This document shows positions 1 to 8,798 of a stretch of 20,285 bases of DNA, one piece after another (position 1 is the first letter of the stretch; the number at the start of each line of letters is the position of its first letter). Location: contig QMRC01000018.1 of assembly GCA_003649205.1 (NCBI GenBank), positions 1 to 20,285 of the forward strand, read 5' to 3'. Source of the stretch: Thermoprotei archaeon (GTDB lineage Archaea > Thermoproteota > Thermoprotei > Thermoproteales > B15-G16). The notes under the pieces were generated by a model. That model was not told the DNA's origin. It searched no databases and was given only the letters and a program-made list of their open reading frames with translations. Made by a program: the position numbers and the translations under genes.

Positions 1-104
1 ACTAAAGGATCGAGACCTAACCTCTTTAAGTAGAGAGCTGCTGTGAGGCCTGCTGGCCCTCCACCAATGATAACTACATCACGAATAGTTGAGTTACCTG
101 ACAT
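1..104 (-). CDS. trxB: Thioredoxin-disulfide reductase-like FAD-dependent oxidoreductase, N-terminal fragment (runs off window)
   Basis: Not in the ORF track. Manual translation from ATG at 104 gives MSGNSTIRDVVIIGGGPAGLTAALYLKRLGLDPLV, the GxGxxG FAD-binding motif typical of TrxB. It starts 2 nt after the thioredoxin stop. Confidence 0.85.
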   Translation of the reverse strand, partial: MSGNSTIRDVVIIGGGPAGLTAALYLKRLGLDPL

Positions 105-106
105 GG

Positions 107-535
107 CTACACACCGATCTTGCTCAAGCAGTTGATAACCCACTTCTTAAACACTTCCTTAGGCATAGCACCTTCAACCCTACACACGACATTACCTCGG
201 TACACAATCATTAGCGTTGGGACAGCGAATATATTGAATTCCTCAGCAGCATCTTGAACCTCATCAACATTGACCTTAGCGAAGATGGCTCTATCAGATA
301 GCTCCTTTGCAATAGCTTCGAAGATAGGCTTCATTAGTAGGCAAGGTGGGCACCAAGGAGCCCAAAAATCTATCACAACAGGTTTATCACCATTAATTAA
401 CCTCTTCAACTCACTAACACTCTTAACCTCAATGATCCCACCAACCATGGTCTCACGTCTCCTAGTCTCAACAAGAAGTTTCATTAATTTCTTTCGAAGA
501 ATCTCCTCAGCTTCTCGATCAAACTCACTACTCAT
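107..535 (-). CDS. trxA: Thioredoxin
   Basis: VVIDFWAPWCPPC active site, AKVNVDE and VPTL motifs, archaeal-type N-terminal helical extension; directly upstream of trxB. Confidence 0.95.
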   Translation of the reverse strand: MSSEFDREAEEILRKKLMKLLVETRRRETMVGGIIEVKSVSELKRLINGDKPVVIDFWAPWCPPCLLMKPIFEAIAKELSDRAIFAKVNVDEVQDAAEEFNIFAVPTLMIVYRGNVVCRVEGAMPKEVFKKWVINCLSKIGV

Positions 536-583
536 AGCTAAACCCCCAAAGAAAACCCTTATGTAGGTATAGCTACTAAATCG

Positions 584-1183
584 TTAACTAATTTTCTTTA
601 CGAATATTTTCTCAATGCAGATACCTCTACCGGATAAATCACGCTCGATACGCTCCTTAACAACATCAGGTATGTATGGAAGACCAACTACCTCAAGAGT
701 AAATTTAGCTACCTCCTTAGCGGCGACGTTATATAGCTCACAGATCTCTCTCAATTCCGTTACCTCGACCATACCTAACCTCTTCAGTATACCATAGACC
801 ATAGCGACGTCACAAGTACCCTTCCACAGAACTCTACACTCACAATCATTTACTCTCTCGATCTCATGCTCATAAGCCTCCTTCGTATAAGCTCTCGAGA
901 ATACGTAACCAACGATAGAGGATACTGCTAATGCCTCTGCTCTACACATGTGGTACTCATTAGCGAGTTTCTGAACTATGTCATGAAACCACTTTTCCTC
1001 AAGATTCCTCCTCATCTTCTCCTTCCAGAAGTACGAGATAACTGATGCTAGAACGCTACTTACTTGCTCTAGAAGTCCTCTCCTCTTAGCCTCCTCATAG
1101 CATAGAATTATGTGAGCAATCTTAACGAGTTTCTCTCTGTGCTCTGGGCTGAATCTCATTAGGTAATCGTAAAAGCCAGCCAT
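584..1183 (-). CDS. Hypothetical protein, possible V4R/ATC-hydrolase-like small-ligand-binding fold
   Basis: 199-aa ORF with TTTAAA about 25 nt upstream (1208-1213). C-terminal spaced Cys pattern (GTCDV...EICEL...GRGICIE) resembles V4R. The fold is inference. Confidence 0.55.
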   Translation of the reverse strand: MAGFYDYLMRFSPEHREKLVKIAHIILCYEEAKRRGLLEQVSSVLASVISYFWKEKMRRNLEEKWFHDIVQKLANEYHMCRAEALAVSSIVGYVFSRAYTKEAYEHEIERVNDCECRVLWKGTCDVAMVYGILKRLGMVEVTELREICELYNVAAKEVAKFTLEVVGLPYIPDVVKERIERDLSGRGICIEKIFVKKIS

Positions 1184-1271
1184 TGTGTTTCCTCTCGCTA
1201 TTGTGTATTTAAACTTAACTCTTGATAGGTACCACGTACTACCTCCTTGTCTTTAGTCCACGCTCACTGCA

Positions 1272-2105
1272 CTACTCTCTAATTCTCCTCCTTGCTCTCT
1301 TAATGGTTAGTGAGATGAGGTACACTACTGCAGCAAGTACTCCAGCGAGAGCACCTGGAGCTATATTCACTAGCGTGAGCGATATCAGTAAGCTAGTACA
1401 GAGGTAGAGAAGGCTTAGTGCTGTTGCTAGTATGATAGCTCTCTCTATGGACTTTGCGTGCAGCAGTGCTGTGGCTGCTGGAGCAGTCATCATGGCGTAC
1501 ACCACGATAGCACCTATAGCCTTGGTAGCAATAACAGTTGAGGTAGCTATTAGCGATAGTAGCAGGTAGTTGTATAGGTGAACTCTCATTCCAAATGCCG
1601 CAGCTCCCTCCATATCGAAACATATGTACGTGAACTCCTTGAAGAAAATAGAGATCAGGCTAATGACGACTAAAGTAGCTACTGTGAGTATTAGTACATC
1701 TTGTTCAGTAAGCAGAAGTATGTCACCTAGCAAGAAACCCCATACTTGACTCATGAGTTCTGATGGTACGAGCGATATAGCGGCAACAGCTAAGCACAGC
1801 GAAAGAGCGAAGAACACGCTAATAGCTGTCTCCATTCTAGCTGTTATACCCCTACCACCTGCATACCCTGTAGCTAATGCCATTGCTAAAGCCATGAGTA
1901 AGGCACCAACTATCGGTGGGAGAAATGGTATACCAGTTTGAGTAGCTAAGATCAACGCTATTGTTGCTCCACCTAGAGCAGCATGTGCAGCACCAGCAAT
2001 CAGGAATGAAACTCCACGTAGTACAGCAAAGACACCTGCTGTTCCAGCAACAAATGATACAAGAACTGAAGCTATGAGTGCGTAAAGTACGAAGCTAGGT
2101 AGCAC
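1272..2105 (-). CDS. Mn/Zn-type ABC transporter permease (ZnuB/TroCD, ABC-3 family)
   Basis: Highly hydrophobic, with AAHAALGG, FLLGDIL and FDMEGAAAFG motifs. Start moved from 2153 to the GTG at 2105, behind a GGAG RBS, to avoid a long overlap with the ATPase gene. Confidence 0.9.
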   Translation of the reverse strand: MLPSFVLYALIASVLVSFVAGTAGVFAVLRGVSFLIAGAAHAALGGATIALILATQTGIPFLPPIVGALLMALAMALATGYAGGRGITARMETAISVFFALSLCLAVAAISLVPSELMSQVWGFLLGDILLLTEQDVLILTVATLVVISLISIFFKEFTYICFDMEGAAAFGMRVHLYNYLLLSLIATSTVIATKAIGAIVVYAMMTAPAATALLHAKSIERAIILATALSLLYLCTSLLISLTLVNIAPGALAGVLAAVVYLISLTIKRARRRIRE

Positions 2106-2931
2106 CTCTCCTTCTCCTCCACTCTCTTGACCTACAGTACTCACAGAAGTCACAGATATGTTGATCAGCTATGAACATTACCCTACCCTCCTTAGTTAAG
2201 AACATCCTAAGACCTTCACCATATGCCTTCACTAAGTTACTTGGCGTAAGAACATCACCTGGCTTACCAAATGCCAGCAATCTCCTATTGAGTAATGCAA
2301 CGTAATCGCTGTACTCAACAGCTACACTAACATCGTGAGTAACCATGATAACCGATACATTCCTCTCATCAACTAACTCACGTAGTAGCTCGAGAATAGA
2401 TACCTGAGTCTTGACATCTGTTGCTGATAACGGTTCATCAAGGAGAAGTAGTTTCGGATCAGATACAAGCGCTCTAGCAATGAGTACCCTCTGTTGCTGA
2501 CCTCCAGATAGTTCATCAAATCTCTTATCAGCAAGTTCCTCTAAACCAACAATTTTGAGTACTTCACGTACCTTCTCAAGATCACGAACAGTAGCTACTC
2601 TAGGTGGAGGTCTCCTAGCAAGTAAACCGAAGAGAATTACGTCACGTACCTTAATCGGGATGTCTCTCTCAATGAATTCCCTTTGAGGTAAGTACCCAAC
2701 TAACTTCCTAACTCTATAAGGCTCCTTAGTAGGGTCAATACCTAGAACACGAACAATACCTCTTACAGGTCTTATGAATCCAATTAAGGTCTTTAGCAGC
2801 GTTGACTTACCAGCACCATTAGGCCCCAAAACTACAGTAAACGAAGGTTCACTAACCTCCAAAGATACATCTTCAAGAGCAATAACACCTTCGTACTCAA
2901 CAGTTAAGTCCTTAACCACTACTATACCCAT
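2095..2931 (-). CDS. Mn/Zn-type ABC transporter ATP-binding protein (ZnuC/TroB family)
   Basis: Walker A GPNGAGKST, signature LSGGQQQR, Walker B LLLLDEP, H-loop VTHD, and the GYLPQ motif of metal ABC ATPases. Confidence 0.95.
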   Translation of the reverse strand: MGIVVVKDLTVEYEGVIALEDVSLEVSEPSFTVVLGPNGAGKSTLLKTLIGFIRPVRGIVRVLGIDPTKEPYRVRKLVGYLPQREFIERDIPIKVRDVILFGLLARRPPPRVATVRDLEKVREVLKIVGLEELADKRFDELSGGQQQRVLIARALVSDPKLLLLDEPLSATDVKTQVSILELLRELVDERNVSVIMVTHDVSVAVEYSDYVALLNRRLLAFGKPGDVLTPSNLVKAYGEGLRMFLTKEGRVMFIADQHICDFCEYCRSREWRRRRGAT

Positions 2932-2932
2932 A

Positions 2933-4003
2933 TCACCTAACCCTCCTCAACCTAATGATCAGCATAGTCTCAATAACTATAACAATAGATAGGCAGGCAA
3001 GTAGGACAATGTATAGCAGAGGTACTTGAGCCCCAACTCTCCCAGTTCCACTCACCTTCATCTCCGTAACTAGCTTGACCACATTGTACATTACATACTG
3101 CACATATGTCCTAGCGTACTTAACCTCCACCACATTTAGGTAGATTAGTGGTACTCCAGTTTCACGGCTTAGTGATGTAGCATAGTCACCTAACTTCGTA
3201 TATCTACAGATTTCAGGAGCGATAAGAGCACAGTAGGCTCCACTCTTCAAACCACTAACGATATCACTCAACGTCTTACCACCAGCAGTAACGGTACCGA
3301 TAGACAATACAGCATCAACCCTCATACCTAGACACTCAAGAAGGTACTGAGTACTAGGAGCAACAACAACTACACTTCTTCCAATTAACTCCTCACCTGT
3401 AGAAACTTCACTTAGAAACTCCTTAAGCTCCTTAATTTCCTCAAGAAACATCTCAAACCTAGTACGGTAGTACCTAGAGTGCTCTGGATCGATTTCAGAT
3501 AGTGTATCTACAAGTGCTCGAGCAACGGCAATAGCATTATCTGGATCTAACCACCAACCATGGACATTGTAGCCCATAGCACTTAGCTCTAGAGCGCTCT
3601 TTCCCTTAGGTACTACGGTTGGTACCTCCCTTCCAGGTAGTGGCTTGAGCTTAAGTCCATACCTAATGAAGTCACGTAAACCAAGGTCTCTAATACCCGT
3701 TACCTCAACTAGCTTAAGCTCGAAACCGCAGTGACCTGTGTGGACAATTAAATCACATCCCTTCACCTTATCAATTACCTCCCTTGTCAGCTGAAACTCA
3801 TGAGGTTCAACACCAGGAGGCAGTAGAACTACAACATCACCGTACTCACCAACAATCTCCTTAACTATGAGAGCTAGTGGTTCAATGGATACAGCTATCT
3901 TGAGCTTCCTACCTACACACATTACAGTAGCTGAAGAGAGAAGTATGAGGATGAGTAACGTAATTGCTATGATAGCAGCTGTACTACGTGTGTTCTTCTT
4001 CAT
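2933..4003 (-). CDS. Metal ABC transporter substrate-binding protein (ZnuA/TroA family) with C-terminal membrane anchor
   Basis: LLPPGVEPHEF and HGWWLDP motifs. Signal-peptide-like MKKNTRSTAAIIAITLLILILL begins at ATG 4003, preceded by GAGGTGG. Hydrophobic C-terminus ends in RLRRVR. Confidence 0.9.
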   Translation of the reverse strand: MKKNTRSTAAIIAITLLILILLSSATVMCVGRKLKIAVSIEPLALIVKEIVGEYGDVVVLLPPGVEPHEFQLTREVIDKVKGCDLIVHTGHCGFELKLVEVTGIRDLGLRDFIRYGLKLKPLPGREVPTVVPKGKSALELSAMGYNVHGWWLDPDNAIAVARALVDTLSEIDPEHSRYYRTRFEMFLEEIKELKEFLSEVSTGEELIGRSVVVVAPSTQYLLECLGMRVDAVLSIGTVTAGGKTLSDIVSGLKSGAYCALIAPEICRYTKLGDYATSLSRETGVPLIYLNVVEVKYARTYVQYVMYNVVKLVTEMKVSGTGRVGAQVPLLYIVLLACLSIVIVIETMLIIRLRRVR

Positions 4004-4439
4004 GAAATTCCACCTCAGGATGAGGAATAGGTACACCACATGGGCAGCATGCAGGTCTCCCAAGCATTTCACACAACTTATTCACTAGCTCGTCAGGAAC
4101 ATAGAGGTCAAACCTCTTAACCCACTCACACGCTACTCTCGGCTCAACACCAAGACATTTAACCAAGTACGTCTCTAGAACTAGGTGACGATGTAAAAAA
4201 TACTTAACAAGTGCTGCGCCCTTCCTTGTTAATGAAACTCCTCTTCTAGTAACGTAATTGACGTATCCTCTACTCGCTAACTTCCTTAAGATAGCTACAG
4301 TGGTAGGTGCTGTTACACCCATCTGCTGAGCAATCGTTGACACAGAGATAAGTTCTTCTTCACCTCGTAGAAGGTAGAGAGTAAACAGATATTCGAGTTC
4401 CTTTTCTGTAAGCTCCTTCCTTACATATCTTCTACACAT
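3984..4439 (-). CDS. DtxR/MntR-family metal-dependent transcriptional regulator
   Basis: EYL...IAQQMGVTAPTT...LRKL...GYV...GVSLT.KG winged HTH, HRHLVLETYL, and a C-terminal CPCGVPIP variant of CPHGNPIP. Start is ATG 4439 or GTG 4460 rather than 4556. Confidence 0.9.
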   Translation of the reverse strand: MCRRYVRKELTEKELEYLFTLYLLRGEEELISVSTIAQQMGVTAPTTVAILRKLASRGYVNYVTRRGVSLTRKGAALVKYFLHRHLVLETYLVKCLGVEPRVACEWVKRFDLYVPDELVNKLCEMLGRPACCPCGVPIPHPEVEFHEEEHT

Positions 4440-4471
4440 ACAGAGATTAAAGGACGTCACACATCTCCCTC

Positions 4472-4486
4472 TTAGACTCAGTCTAA
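4472..4486. promoter_or_regulatory. Perfect inverted repeat TTAGACT-C-AGTCTAA, candidate DtxR-family operator
   Basis: 7-1-7 palindrome between an AT-rich TATA-like element (about 4512-4521) and the regulator/ABC operon. The TTAG...CTAA arms resemble DtxR/SirR/EfaR-type boxes. Confidence 0.7.
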
Positions 4487-4554
4487 TTCTCTCTAGTAAA
4501 CAAACTACAAAGTTAATAATATGTGTTTCGCCTCTAAAGAAGGAGGTTACCAAC

Positions 4555-5229
4555 ATGGTTAAGCAGAGACCGCGAGAGCAGCTAAAGACCTATACAAAGA
4601 AAGAGAGGGAGAAGATATCTGATCTAGTGTTTCTAGCCCAAGCATTTGATGGGTATAGAGTTGGTGTCTACACAGCACCAGCATTAGTGGAGAGGGTACT
4701 TGAGAGAACAGGTTTAAAGGACCTACCTAAACCGTGGAAGACATTGAAGAAGATATTGTTCGATGTCTATGGTGAACTCTTCGATACGACTGAAGGTAGA
4801 AGGTACCTCAAAATGATCAGGATAAGTGATGGAATAACGAGATCGTGTTTCTGGGCGATGCTAGTACCTCTCTTCTCTCTAGTTCTCGGTGGTAAGAATC
4901 CAGCAATAGTGGCCATAGCCTACGTCATGATTATGGTGATACTAGTCCTCCTCTACATAGCGCTCATACTGAAGTCATACGGAGCATCTAGAGCAAATAA
5001 GATACTGAAGAAATGCGCAATGCAGCACTCAAACAAGCTTCAGACATTTAAGGAGGTAACACAAGCAATCCTCAATAAGCTCAGGGAGGAATTGAAGAGG
5101 TGCAAAACTATAGATTACAGAAATGTCAAGATAAGGTTGAGGAATGTAGACTACAAGGGGATAATAGTAATCAAGCAACCAACGAGGTTTAGACCCTACT
5201 ACGAGGTGATACTCGAAGTATATCGTTAA
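4555..5229 (+). CDS. Hypothetical membrane protein (central two-helix hairpin, basic soluble flanks)
   Basis: 224-aa ORF with a strong AGGAGG RBS and two adjacent hydrophobic segments; no family recognised. Confidence 0.7.
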   Translation: MVKQRPREQLKTYTKKEREKISDLVFLAQAFDGYRVGVYTAPALVERVLERTGLKDLPKPWKTLKKILFDVYGELFDTTEGRRYLKMIRISDGITRSCFWAMLVPLFSLVLGGKNPAIVAIAYVMIMVILVLLYIALILKSYGASRANKILKKCAMQHSNKLQTFKEVTQAILNKLREELKRCKTIDYRNVKIRLRNVDYKGIIVIKQPTRFRPYYEVILEVYR

Positions 5230-5641
5230 CAAATTGCCTCAATACCTCTCGAGAGAACTTACTCAACCTCAAGTTAAGACAATCGACTAGAGGAACCCAA
5301 CGAACATCAGTAACCTCCTTACCTGGTCTAGTAATCTCGTCCTTAGCTCTAGCTAAGTACACGATAATTACGTAGTGGTACTTCACCCTACCCTCACTAT
5401 CCCTCTCTACGTACGAAGTCACTGTATAGAGATTGAGAATTTCAATACCTAGACCAGTTTCCTCAAGTACTTCACGCTTTAGAGCCTCCTCAACACTCTC
5501 ACCAAGCTCAATAACACCACCAGGAAGTGAGTAGAAGCCCTTACTCGGCTCACTCCCCCTCTTAACAAGAAGTACCTTATCCTCCTTCACTACGAGAGCT
5601 GCAACAGCAGGTATTGGATAGGGAGGGTACTCACGAGTCAT
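5189..5641 (-). CDS. Nudix hydrolase (ADP-ribose pyrophosphatase-like)
   Basis: Nudix box GGVIELGESVEEALKREVLEETGL, plus REYP.YP and HYVII motifs. Confidence 0.93.
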   Translation of the reverse strand: MTREYPPYPIPAVAALVVKEDKVLLVKRGSEPSKGFYSLPGGVIELGESVEEALKREVLEETGLGIEILNLYTVTSYVERDSEGRVKYHYVIIVYLARAKDEITRPGKEVTDVRWVPLVDCLNLRLSKFSREVLRQFVNDILRVSPRSRV

Positions 5642-6069
5642 AAGAACTCAACCACCAACCTAGCGATACCACATCCAGGTCCCGGGATAGTGTATGCAGC
5701 GTACTCAACCCTACCATCAGACCAAACACCAACAATTAACCAGACCTCACCAGGGCACTGAATCATCGTATGAACATCCTCAGTAGAGGGTAATGGTTCA
5801 GCATCAGGATGGCTATGGTACATACCTATGTAGCACAGACCTTGCTTTACACCTGCTAGAACCCTCTCTAACCACTCACGATAATCGATACTGAAAGAGA
5901 ACTCACTAGAGTAACCCTTCTCGAGAGCAATAGCTCTCTTAACGATATATGCATCACCACTGAAGTAACCAAGCAATACACCAAAGGCTTCCCGTGGATA
6001 TGTAGATCTGACATGATTAAATATAAAATCCATAGCGTGAACATCAACCACTAATCGATTACACAACAT
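5638..6069 (-). CDS. JAMM/MPN+ (Mov34) metallo-isopeptidase, desampylase-like
   Basis: YPREAFGVLLG (catalytic Glu) and YHSHP-x4-PS-x2-D JAMM motif. Start probably ATG 6069 (TATA-like element near 6092-6100). ATGA overlap with the Nudix gene. Confidence 0.88.
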   Translation of the reverse strand: MLCNRLVVDVHAMDFIFNHVRSTYPREAFGVLLGYFSGDAYIVKRAIALEKGYSSEFSFSIDYREWLERVLAGVKQGLCYIGMYHSHPDAEPLPSTEDVHTMIQCPGEVWLIVGVWSDGRVEYAAYTIPGPGCGIARLVVEFL

Positions 6070-6118
6070 CAGAAGACTATGTGTTAACACCCTATTTATC
6101 AAGTAGCACAATGACACA

Positions 6119-6808
6119 CTATGCGAGGTATCTAAGGCATCTCTCAATTAACTCCTCAAGAAGACCCCTGTACAACCTCCCATGACCTGGAAGAACAAGG
6201 TACTCACCGTGTAACCTACTCCTAAGCTTCAACAAGCTAGATACCAAGTCTCGAGGAGATGAGGTCGGTACATCCACACGACCTGGAACACCATCACTAA
6301 ACACAGTATCTCCAGTAAATACAACTCTCAACTTAGGTACAACCAGGCAAATACTACCAATAGTGTGACCGGGTGTGTGAATTACCTCAACCGTGTACTC
6401 ACCTATAGAAACTTTATAGCCATCAGTAACAACTAGATCGATCTGAGTAGGTTCAAGAACGGAATCAAAGAACGGTACTGCAAGCGTTACATAGTTATCA
6501 CCTCGCTCTAAGTACTCAGCCTCACTACGGTGGTGAAGAACCAACACTCTAAAGCCACGACTACTTAGGTACCTCCTAAGTACAGCAGTAGAAGCAACGT
6601 GATCAAAGTGCATATGAGTGTGAATCACATACACATCACGTACACCAGATACCTCAAGAAACCTCCTCACTTCACATACCTCATCAGTAGTAGAGATACC
6701 AGGATCAACAACTAGAGCATGAGTACCTGAGACGACAATGTAGGTATTCGATGAATATGGGTTCTCATGCACCTGTACAACAGCACCCTCTCCAATTTCC
6801 CTCAACAT
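6119..6808 (-). CDS. Metallo-beta-lactamase-fold hydrolase (glyoxalase II-like)
   Basis: VVDPG, THMHFDH (HxHxDH), HTPGHT, FTGDT and PGHG motifs. Confidence 0.93.
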   Translation of the reverse strand: MLREIGEGAVVQVHENPYSSNTYIVVSGTHALVVDPGISTTDEVCEVRRFLEVSGVRDVYVIHTHMHFDHVASTAVLRRYLSSRGFRVLVLHHRSEAEYLERGDNYVTLAVPFFDSVLEPTQIDLVVTDGYKVSIGEYTVEVIHTPGHTIGSICLVVPKLRVVFTGDTVFSDGVPGRVDVPTSSPRDLVSSLLKLRSRLHGEYLVLPGHGRLYRGLLEELIERCLRYLA

Positions 6809-6861
6809 GAAGAGGTATAGCCTAGGAAACCTAATATACTTGACCTTAGGTTACAGTAAGT

Positions 6862-6914
6862 AGGTGCTGAAGCGGTAAGCACTGACTCGTGATGACTAAG
6901 CCTACAGCTGAGAA
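6862..6914 (+). ncRNA. C/D-box methylation guide sRNA
   Basis: C-like GTGCTGA 6864-6870, 11-nt guide, D' CTGA 6882-6885, C' GTGATGA 6889-6895, 12-nt guide, D CTGA 6908-6911. TATA-like TAATATA about 25 nt upstream. Confidence 0.82.
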
Positions 6915-6959
6915 AAACAATATATTCGCTTCAATGCAGGTAAATGTGGTGAGAAGTTC

Positions 6960-7217
6960 ATGCAGATGAGGCTCGTTGGTATTATCCTAGTTGGTTGTGG
7001 TGCAATACTACTGGTAGCAGTATTCCTACTAGCGTACACATACCTCGTATCGACACCCTACGTAGAGGTTAAGGGAGGTACTCTGGTCGATGCTATAACG
7101 AGCTTAGTCAATACATTAGCAGCCATACTACCGAAGTTGATGTACCTCATAGTAATGGTTGTCGTTGGCTTCATACTGATTAGTAAAGGTATTGAGTTCC
7201 TAACGAGGGTTAGGTGA
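6960..7217 (+). CDS. Small two-TM hypothetical membrane protein
   Basis: 85 aa with two hydrophobic helices; GGTGAG RBS; GTGA overlap with the next gene. Confidence 0.75.
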   Translation: MQMRLVGIILVGCGAILLVAVFLLAYTYLVSTPYVEVKGGTLVDAITSLVNTLAAILPKLMYLIVMVVVGFILISKGIEFLTRVR

Positions 7218-7633
7218 GTTCACCCATGAGTATTTCGGTGGTGTTGAAGCTACTTATCGTTGTACTAGCAGTGGTTGTAGCGGTATCCCTCTCAGTAGCT
7301 TTAGTGGAATTACTTCACCTATCTCGTGACCTTAAATTCGAGATCACACCAGTTGGGTACACAGTTAGAGGTAATGTAACTCTGGTCAGGTACCTGGTGA
7401 GGCTTGAGTATAGAGGTGATGTGCCTCTAAGTAACTTTAAGCTCGATGCTGAGATGGGTGGTAGGTACATTGAGTTAATTGATGTACCGCTCCTCACTAA
7501 GGGAACTGTAGTGAGTAGGTACATCACTATCGAGATCACCAGAGGTATGGGGTTTAGACCCTCGAGACTAAGGATTACTATGTCAATTCTCGAACTAATC
7601 AATGTAGTAGCTGAGGTGAAGCTCAGTGCATGA
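7214..7633 (+). CDS. Hypothetical protein with N-terminal TM anchor and beta-rich (Ig/LEA2-like) domain
   Basis: N-terminal hydrophobic helix followed by alternating beta-strand patterns; overlaps both neighbours. Start may be ATG 7226. Confidence 0.7.
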   Translation: MSSPMSISVVLKLLIVVLAVVVAVSLSVALVELLHLSRDLKFEITPVGYTVRGNVTLVRYLVRLEYRGDVPLSNFKLDAEMGGRYIELIDVPLLTKGTVVSRYITIEITRGMGFRPSRLRITMSILELINVVAEVKLSA

Positions 7634-8093
7634 AGGGAGTACTAGAGAAGTTGAGAGAAAAGCACTGATTTCAGCTGCTGTATTGGGCTCTCTTCACGGT
7701 ATTCTCGACTACGCAATATACTATCTAGCACCACACATCCTTCAGATAGTCCTCACCAATCCAATCGCACTCTCTAGAGCAATCTTCGACGTATTGACAT
7801 CACCCATTAGCATCTACGTACTTCTAGCACTTATAGCCATAAGAGCTATGACTAGCGTACTTGAACTGTTGAATAGAGTTGCTGGCTTTAGCCTCAACCT
7901 AGTGGTATCTATCGTGTTGTTTAGCTACATGCTACAGGTACTAAACTTCGGCTCGCTAGAGATCAAGTACCTGAGGGTAAACTCAGCTGTGGTTTCTGGC
8001 ACTATCGACATAACACCACTGATAGCTATCATGTTAGTGCTCTTCATACTGCACGTACTATCTGAAGTAATTTCACTTCTCACTGAAATATAA
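7626..8093 (+). CDS. Hypothetical multi-pass membrane protein (about 4 TM)
   Basis: 155 aa, mostly hydrophobic; GAGGTGA RBS; overlaps the upstream gene. Confidence 0.72.
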   Translation: MHEGSTREVERKALISAAVLGSLHGILDYAIYYLAPHILQIVLTNPIALSRAIFDVLTSPISIYVLLALIAIRAMTSVLELLNRVAGFSLNLVVSIVLFSYMLQVLNFGSLEIKYLRVNSAVVSGTIDITPLIAIMLVLFILHVLSEVISLLTEI

Positions 8094-8148
8094 TCAGCGT
8101 ATAGCCTTCTCTTCACCAGGATCTGTATGCGGACCCTCTCATCACAGT
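8092..8148 (-). ncRNA. C/D-box methylation guide sRNA
   Basis: Minus strand reads GTGATGA (8145-8139) gagggtccgcata CAGA tcctg GTGAAGA gaaggctatacg CTGA (8097-8094): C, D', C', D with 13- and 12-nt guides. Confidence 0.82.
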
Positions 8149-8204
8149 GGAGTGAACTGAACTAAAAGAGATGTTTAGAGGAGAATCACTAGCTAGTTAC
8201 TGTG

Positions 8205-8741
8205 CTAACTCTTCTTCTCTCTCTTAAATCTCTCAATTGCATCTGTAATCCTCTTCTTAGCTTCCTCAGCACTACCCCAACCAGTTACCTTAACCCATTT
8301 ACCTGGTTCCAATTCCTTGTAGTGTTCGAAGAAGTGCTTGATTTGGTCGAGGATTGCCTGTGGTAGGTCCTTGATGTCGTTCACATTAGCAAACCTCGGG
8401 TCTATCTTCGGGTGTGGTACTGCTATGATCTTAGCATCAGGCCCCTCCTCATCCTCCATGTAGAGTATGCCAACTGGTTTCACTCTAATGACTGTACCTG
8501 GTGCTAATGCTTCGTGTGATACAACCAGTACGTCTAGTGGATCACCATCTTCCTCAAGTGTCTGAGGTATTATTCCGTAGTTGAATGGGTAGAACATTGC
8601 TGTGTAGAGGATCCTATCAACTACGATAGCTCCTACCTCTTCATCAATTTCATACTTGACGTTTGAGCCCTTGGGGATCTCAATTACCACGTATATATCA
8701 TCAGGTGGACTCTTGCCTGGTGGTAGCTTCTCAAGGATCAT
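8205..8741 (-). CDS. ppa: Inorganic pyrophosphatase (family I)
   Basis: [33 protein letters not shown] and [10 protein letters not shown] motifs. Confidence 0.97.
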   Translation of the reverse strand: MILEKLPPGKSPPDDIYVVIEIPKGSNVKYEIDEEVGAIVVDRILYTAMFYPFNYGIIPQTLEEDGDPLDVLVVSHEALAPGTVIRVKPVGILYMEDEEGPDAKIIAVPHPKIDPRFANVNDIKDLPQAILDQIKHFFEHYKELEPGKWVKVTGWGSAEEAKKRITDAIERFKREKKS

Positions 8742-8798
8742 GGTCTCACCGAGGTAGTGTGGTTGTGGAGTAATTCAAGACTTTCTACATGGAGTATA

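Noticed and set aside
270-5232. Short overlapping ORFs at 270, 615, 1222, 1393, 1753, 2774, 3867 and 5029
   Set aside because: Off-frame or antisense to recognised genes.
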